Source of the DNA: a virus
IMG/VR virus record: IMGVR_UViG_3300025890_000007
Span: 1-37,108 of that record
Length of the DNA stretch: 37,108 nucleotides
Strand: one strand, 5' to 3'
Made by a program: the position numbers and the translations under genes. The notes under the pieces are model-generated. The model was not told where the DNA came from and searched no databases. It saw only the letters and a list, made by a program, of their open reading frames with translations. This document shows, one piece after another, positions 33,833-37,108 of this stretch (position 1 is its first letter; each line of letters begins with the position of its first letter).

Positions 33833-34707
33833 TACTGCTCCATGGTAATGGGTGAGTGACAGAAACCGACTGATAACTTCGTAATCTTTCCTCCTTTCTT
33901 TAAATAGTTTTGAATTTGATCCTTAAAATCCGATGACTCTACGGAAGAGTCGGTCGGTTCCAGATCGATGTGATGCCTCTGTTGTAATCGTGTCCAAGGA
34001 CTACTGAAAAAGTCGTTTGACTCCGGTTCAAAGATGATGTCGGATTCCGGTGCATTGAATTTCTGTCGGTTCATCTTGATCTGCTGAAGATCCTTGGAAC
34101 ATCGATCACAAATCTTCGCCTTGGAATTCTTTGATAGAACCCGTTGTTTACATCGGCTACATGGCCTATTCGGATTCTGTTTGTATCGTTCTCGGTCCCG
34201 AAAGTTTCTGACTAATTGTTTGCACTGATGGCTACAGTAGATCTGGTTGGAGTTCTTCTGAATGAATAGCTTGGAACAAGTTGATACTGCACAATGGACC
34301 TTTTTTCTGTTCAACCATTTTTCGTTTTCAACTACTCTTTCGTTCCCTCTCTGACAGATCGTGCTACAGAAGCGTTTGTTTGGATGAATATCTTTGAATT
34401 TCCGGTTACAGCTCCGATAGGCACAAACCTTTTCTGGTTTGTCCTTTAATCTGATTGAACGTTCTTCTCGTCTCTTCTTTAAATACTCTTGATAGAACTT
34501 CTTGCTTCCGACCTTCTGGCATTCTTTGGAACAATAGACATTGATATTCGTTTTCGGTTGGAAGGTGCTATTGCAGGTTGCACAGTTACTACTGGTTAGT
34601 CTCGTATGCCTTCGGTCATACATTTTATAAGTACAAGGATCTCCACAGTACCTCTGGTTATTGGCTGTTACCGACATCTCCTTCTGGCATAGTTTGCACT
34701 GCTTCAT
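33832..34707 (-). CDS. Protein with five tandem C4 zinc-ribbon (FCS/TRASH-like) units
   Basis: The units are C4/C7...C21/C25, C42/C45...C59/C63, C95/C100...C114/C118, C139/C144...C158/C162 and C183/C186...C200/C203. They show a recurring (R/Q)(Y/F)C(S/G)xxC signature. Confidence 0.65.
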   Translation of the reverse strand: MKQCKLCQKEMSVTANNQRYCGDPCTYKMYDRRHTRLTSSNCATCNSTFQPKTNINVYCSKECQKVGSKKFYQEYLKKRREERSIRLKDKPEKVCAYRSCNRKFKDIHPNKRFCSTICQRGNERVVENEKWLNRKKVHCAVSTCSKLFIQKNSNQIYCSHQCKQLVRNFRDRERYKQNPNRPCSRCKQRVLSKNSKAKICDRCSKDLQQIKMNRQKFNAPESDIIFEPESNDFFSSPWTRLQQRHHIDLEPTDSSVESSDFKDQIQNYLKKGGKITKLSVGFCHSPITMEQ

Positions 34708-35639
34708 GACAACTCCATTACGTCCTCATGGTAACCCTGGCTATAGATCTCTCCAGAGAGATACTGTTTGTATAATTCGACTGCTTGATTGATCTTGAAC
34801 TCTGCGGTGTGCATCAGTTCATCGGACAATTTGTAAAGAGCTACGTTGTACGGTGCGGTGTTTTCGACAACTAAAAATAAAAACTCTGGATAATGACCGG
34901 AAACAGATTGATAGGCTCTTCGATACCAGTTGGCCTGGATGTCGTATTGATACCGTGTGACTGATTTCTTGAATCCGTATGGTGAAGCATCCTGAGCACT
35001 TTTCAGATCCACAACGAGGTGCTGTCCCTCGTCACTGTAATCAAGTCTCGCTTTTGCTCGGATACCGTTTTCTTCCCAAGTGATCACCTGTTCTACTTCT
35101 GCATTCGGAATAATTCTCCAGAACTCAGGATGTCTGAAAACTGACTCGGTCATCAGAACTACGTCTTCGTAATCTTCCTTCTTCAAAACAGTCCTCTTTT
35201 CTTCTGCTACAAACTGATCGTATTCCTCCCGTCCTGCTTTCGTTCTCCTGTCTACATTGGGCGCAACCACATACTTGTCACCGAAAGATTTTCCGGCTAA
35301 CCGAAGTTCAATGGAATCGTGGATCGCTGTTCCCTTTGCCATGGCTGGAGACGGATCTGACGGAGTAGAGAGGTAATGGTTAAGACTCTTGTTCAGTCTT
35401 TTGATCAGAGACGCATTCAGTCCATCCAGTTCACAGTATTCTTCAAAGGACATCCGAGAAGACCTCGGTTTTATCTCAGTGTTCCGGAGGATCTCTGCAG
35501 TGGGGATTAAATGAGGGGATCTATCGTGGGTCTGGATACTCTTGATCTGACCATTACTGATCATTCTTCGTATCTGATCGACACTGACCCCAAGAGCCTT
35601 GGCGGCCTGAGTGGTATTCAGAAGGTTGGTATCTTGCAT
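34704..35639 (-). CDS. Fusion of an excisionase/MerR-type HTH with a PD-(D/E)XK exonuclease (DUF3799/RecE-like)
   Basis: N-terminus LNTTQAAKALGVSVDQIRRMISNGQI. Nuclease core GTAIHDSIE...VDLKSAQDASP...YDIQANWY. GGAG lies 4 nt upstream of the ATG. It is the first gene of the leftward operon. Confidence 0.7.
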   Translation of the reverse strand: MQDTNLLNTTQAAKALGVSVDQIRRMISNGQIKSIQTHDRSPHLIPTAEILRNTEIKPRSSRMSFEEYCELDGLNASLIKRLNKSLNHYLSTPSDPSPAMAKGTAIHDSIELRLAGKSFGDKYVVAPNVDRRTKAGREEYDQFVAEEKRTVLKKEDYEDVVLMTESVFRHPEFWRIIPNAEVEQVITWEENGIRAKARLDYSDEGQHLVVDLKSAQDASPYGFKKSVTRYQYDIQANWYRRAYQSVSGHYPEFLFLVVENTAPYNVALYKLSDELMHTAEFKINQAVELYKQYLSGEIYSQGYHEDVMELS

Positions 35640-35651
35640 TTCACTCCATGT

Positions 35652-35690
35652 TCTAACCGTTAACCGTTCACTCTAGTGCAGCAGAGTGCA
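35652..35690. promoter_or_regulatory. Candidate operator/promoter region of the lysogeny switch
   Basis: The 64-bp divergent gap contains a tandem AACCGTT-AACCGTT, the inverted repeat CACTCT-N8-AGAGTG (35669-35688) and a duplicated AGTGCA. A possible TTCACT-N18-TATCTG promoter would leave the repressor mRNA nearly leaderless. Confidence 0.4.
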
Positions 35691-35703
35691 TATCTGATCA
35701 GAA

Positions 35704-36336
35704 ATGATTAAACGAGTCAACAATAAAGTGCATAAAATATCAGAAAATTTTGATCTGTGGCGGAAGTCCCAGGGATATTCTCAACAGGAGATAGCAGATG
35801 CCATTGGATGGGATCGATCTAAAGTGAACCGAGTTATTCAAGGAAAACAGGATTCATCCTACTTTCTGAGCAAGATAGAACAGGTCTTTGGAGATATAGA
35901 TGAGGTCAAAACGGAAGAAGTGATCAGAGATGATAACTATCGGGTGATCCGAAAGTTCGATACAGAGGCAAGTGGAGGAGCAGGGACTCTGACTACAGAG
36001 GAAAACGGAGAGAAGATCTCTGTGATTACCGAATGGCTACCGAAGCTACCAGATCAGAACTTAGCCTTCATTACCGTAGTCGGTGACAGTATGGCTCCCC
36101 TGATGGGTTCCGGAGATACGATTCTCGTTCATATGAACAGTGGCTTTCTCGGTGACGGAGTCTATGTCTTGAGACTCTGGGAATCACTACATGTCAAAAG
36201 GGTGCAACGGGTAGCTCAAGATGAGTACCGGATTGTTTCTGATAATCCGATCTACAAAGATCTCACGATTACGGCTGATGATAGTGACGGGTTCATGATC
36301 GTTGGAAGAGTCGTTCGTTTAGTAAAGGCACTATGA
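35704..36336 (+). CDS. CI/LexA-type repressor (XRE HTH + S24 autopeptidase domain)
   Basis: The HTH is GYSQQEIADAIGWDRSKVNRVIQG. The S24 motifs are GDSMAPLM (Ser) and LHVKRV (Lys). It is divergent from the early-left operon and upstream of int. Confidence 0.85.
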   Translation: MIKRVNNKVHKISENFDLWRKSQGYSQQEIADAIGWDRSKVNRVIQGKQDSSYFLSKIEQVFGDIDEVKTEEVIRDDNYRVIRKFDTEASGGAGTLTTEENGEKISVITEWLPKLPDQNLAFITVVGDSMAPLMGSGDTILVHMNSGFLGDGVYVLRLWESLHVKRVQRVAQDEYRIVSDNPIYKDLTITADDSDGFMIVGRVVRLVKAL

Positions 36337-37108
36337 TTGATCAATATATCGACTATCTACGGACCTATCGTTCTCAGAGGACTGTTGATACCTATCGACC
36401 TCAATTAGCCCGATGGCAAGCCTTCTCGACATCCAATTCCATTACTTACGAAACTTTTAAGGACTTTGTCGATCATCTCCGGTCCGAAGGTCTATCCGAT
36501 GGTTCAATCAATTCTCATTTACGATCACTGAAGGCTTATCTGAACTGGTGTCATAAATATCTGAATCATCCGAAGTATCATGTGCCGATGCTGAAAGTGA
36601 ACAAAAAGATTCCGAAGGTCTGGACAACTCATCAACTGGAGATCATCGAAACCATTCTCAACCATAGAGCACAACGATCACGGAGATATCAAATACTCAG
36701 GCGAACCCATTACATGCTTCGGTACACCGGAATGCGAGCAGGAGAACTGTTCCATTTAAATTGGACAGATATCGGATCTGGAATCCGTATTGAAGGAAAA
36801 GACGATTGGACAACAAAGAATAAACAAGACTCCATTCTCCCGATACATCCGAAGCTACTGGAGTTTTTACAAATCGAAAAACATGCGGGGGAAACTAATT
36901 ACCTAGATCACCATTTTAAAGAACTGAGTCATTTAACGTATTCGATGAGAAAGTTTCAGAAGTCTATCGATTTAGATGGACCGAAACCACTCCATGGTTA
37001 TAGAGCCAGTGTTGCTACTGAACTATTGTCCGGAAATATGAATCCGGTACACGTGCAACATCTGCTACGACATGAACGTTTATCGACTACAGAACTCTAT
37101 CTGAATAC
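36333..37108 (+). CDS. int: Tyrosine recombinase / phage integrase, 5' part (runs off the window end and continues at 100-277; about 317 aa in total)
   Basis: Hand translation from ATG 36333 (ATGA overlap with the repressor stop) is open to the window end. It is missing from the ORF track because no stop is reached. It has an N-terminal SAM-like core-binding segment (YIDYLRTYRSQRTVDTYRPQLARW...SINSHLRSLKAYLNWC), an Arg box (RYTGMRAGELFHLNWTDI) and H-x-x-R (HGYRASVAT). Confidence 0.9.
   Translation, partial: MIDQYIDYLRTYRSQRTVDTYRPQLARWQAFSTSNSITYETFKDFVDHLRSEGLSDGSINSHLRSLKAYLNWCHKYLNHPKYHVPMLKVNKKIPKVWTTHQLEIIETILNHRAQRSRRYQILRRTHYMLRYTGMRAGELFHLNWTDIGSGIRIEGKDDWTTKNKQDSILPIHPKLLEFLQIEKHAGETNYLDHHFKELSHLTYSMRKFQKSIDLDGPKPLHGYRASVATELLSGNMNPVHVQHLLRHERLSTTELYLN
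37010..37108. repeat. Terminal overlap copy 2 (identical to 1-99)
   Basis: Same comparison. The integrase reading frame is continuous across the junction (36333 and 17 fall in the same frame once 37009 is subtracted). Confidence 0.95.

Larger units (their letters stand above)
1..37009. mobile_element. Complete temperate tailed-phage genome (podovirus-type, T7-like structural gene order), circular assembly
   Basis: Integrase, CI-like repressor and a tRNA-derived attP are present with a full packaging/head/tail/lysis set. The window ends overlap exactly by 99 bp. Confidence 0.85.

Noticed and set aside
1-37108. CRISPR arrays, rRNA genes, transposase/IS elements and toxin-antitoxin pairs.
   Set aside because: There are no spaced repeat arrays, no rRNA-like sequence, no transposase-like ORF with bounding inverted repeats, and no convincing two-gene TA-like pair.

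Overview
The window is a complete temperate phage genome assembled as a circle. Bases 1-99 are identical to 37010-37108, so the unique length is 37,009 bp. There are four blocks. (1) A lysogeny module on the + strand: a CI/LexA-type repressor (35704-36336) and a tyrosine integrase (36333 through the wrap to 277). The integrase 3' end contains the 3' half of a tRNA-Phe(GAA), the presumed attP. (2) A ~25.7-kb, almost gap-free late operon on the - strand (25956 down to 271). Its order is terS, a small Cys-rich ORF, a YhhQ-like transporter, a DpdA-like transglycosylase, a micro-ORF, terL, three accessory ORFs, portal, scaffold, capsid, tail tubular A/B-like proteins, four internal/ejection-protein candidates, a multi-gene fiber module and a lysis cassette. 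The structural order is T7-like, but there is no phage RNA or DNA polymerase. (3) A + strand block of small early genes (26538-29179) with two clear rho-independent terminators and an XRE-type HTH gene. (4) A - strand recombination/replication operon (35639 down to 29435): HTH-PD-(D/E)XK exonuclease, a five-zinc-ribbon protein, Erf-like annealase, ParB-like protein, SSB-like protein, RusA and a DUF3987-type helicase. The best candidate for new biology is the transporter plus transglycosylase pair between terS and terL. It looks like a salvage-only 7-deazaguanine DNA-modification cassette with no precursor-biosynthesis genes. All family assignments come from motif recognition by eye, with no database search. 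No rRNA, complete tRNA, CRISPR array or reverse transcriptase was seen.
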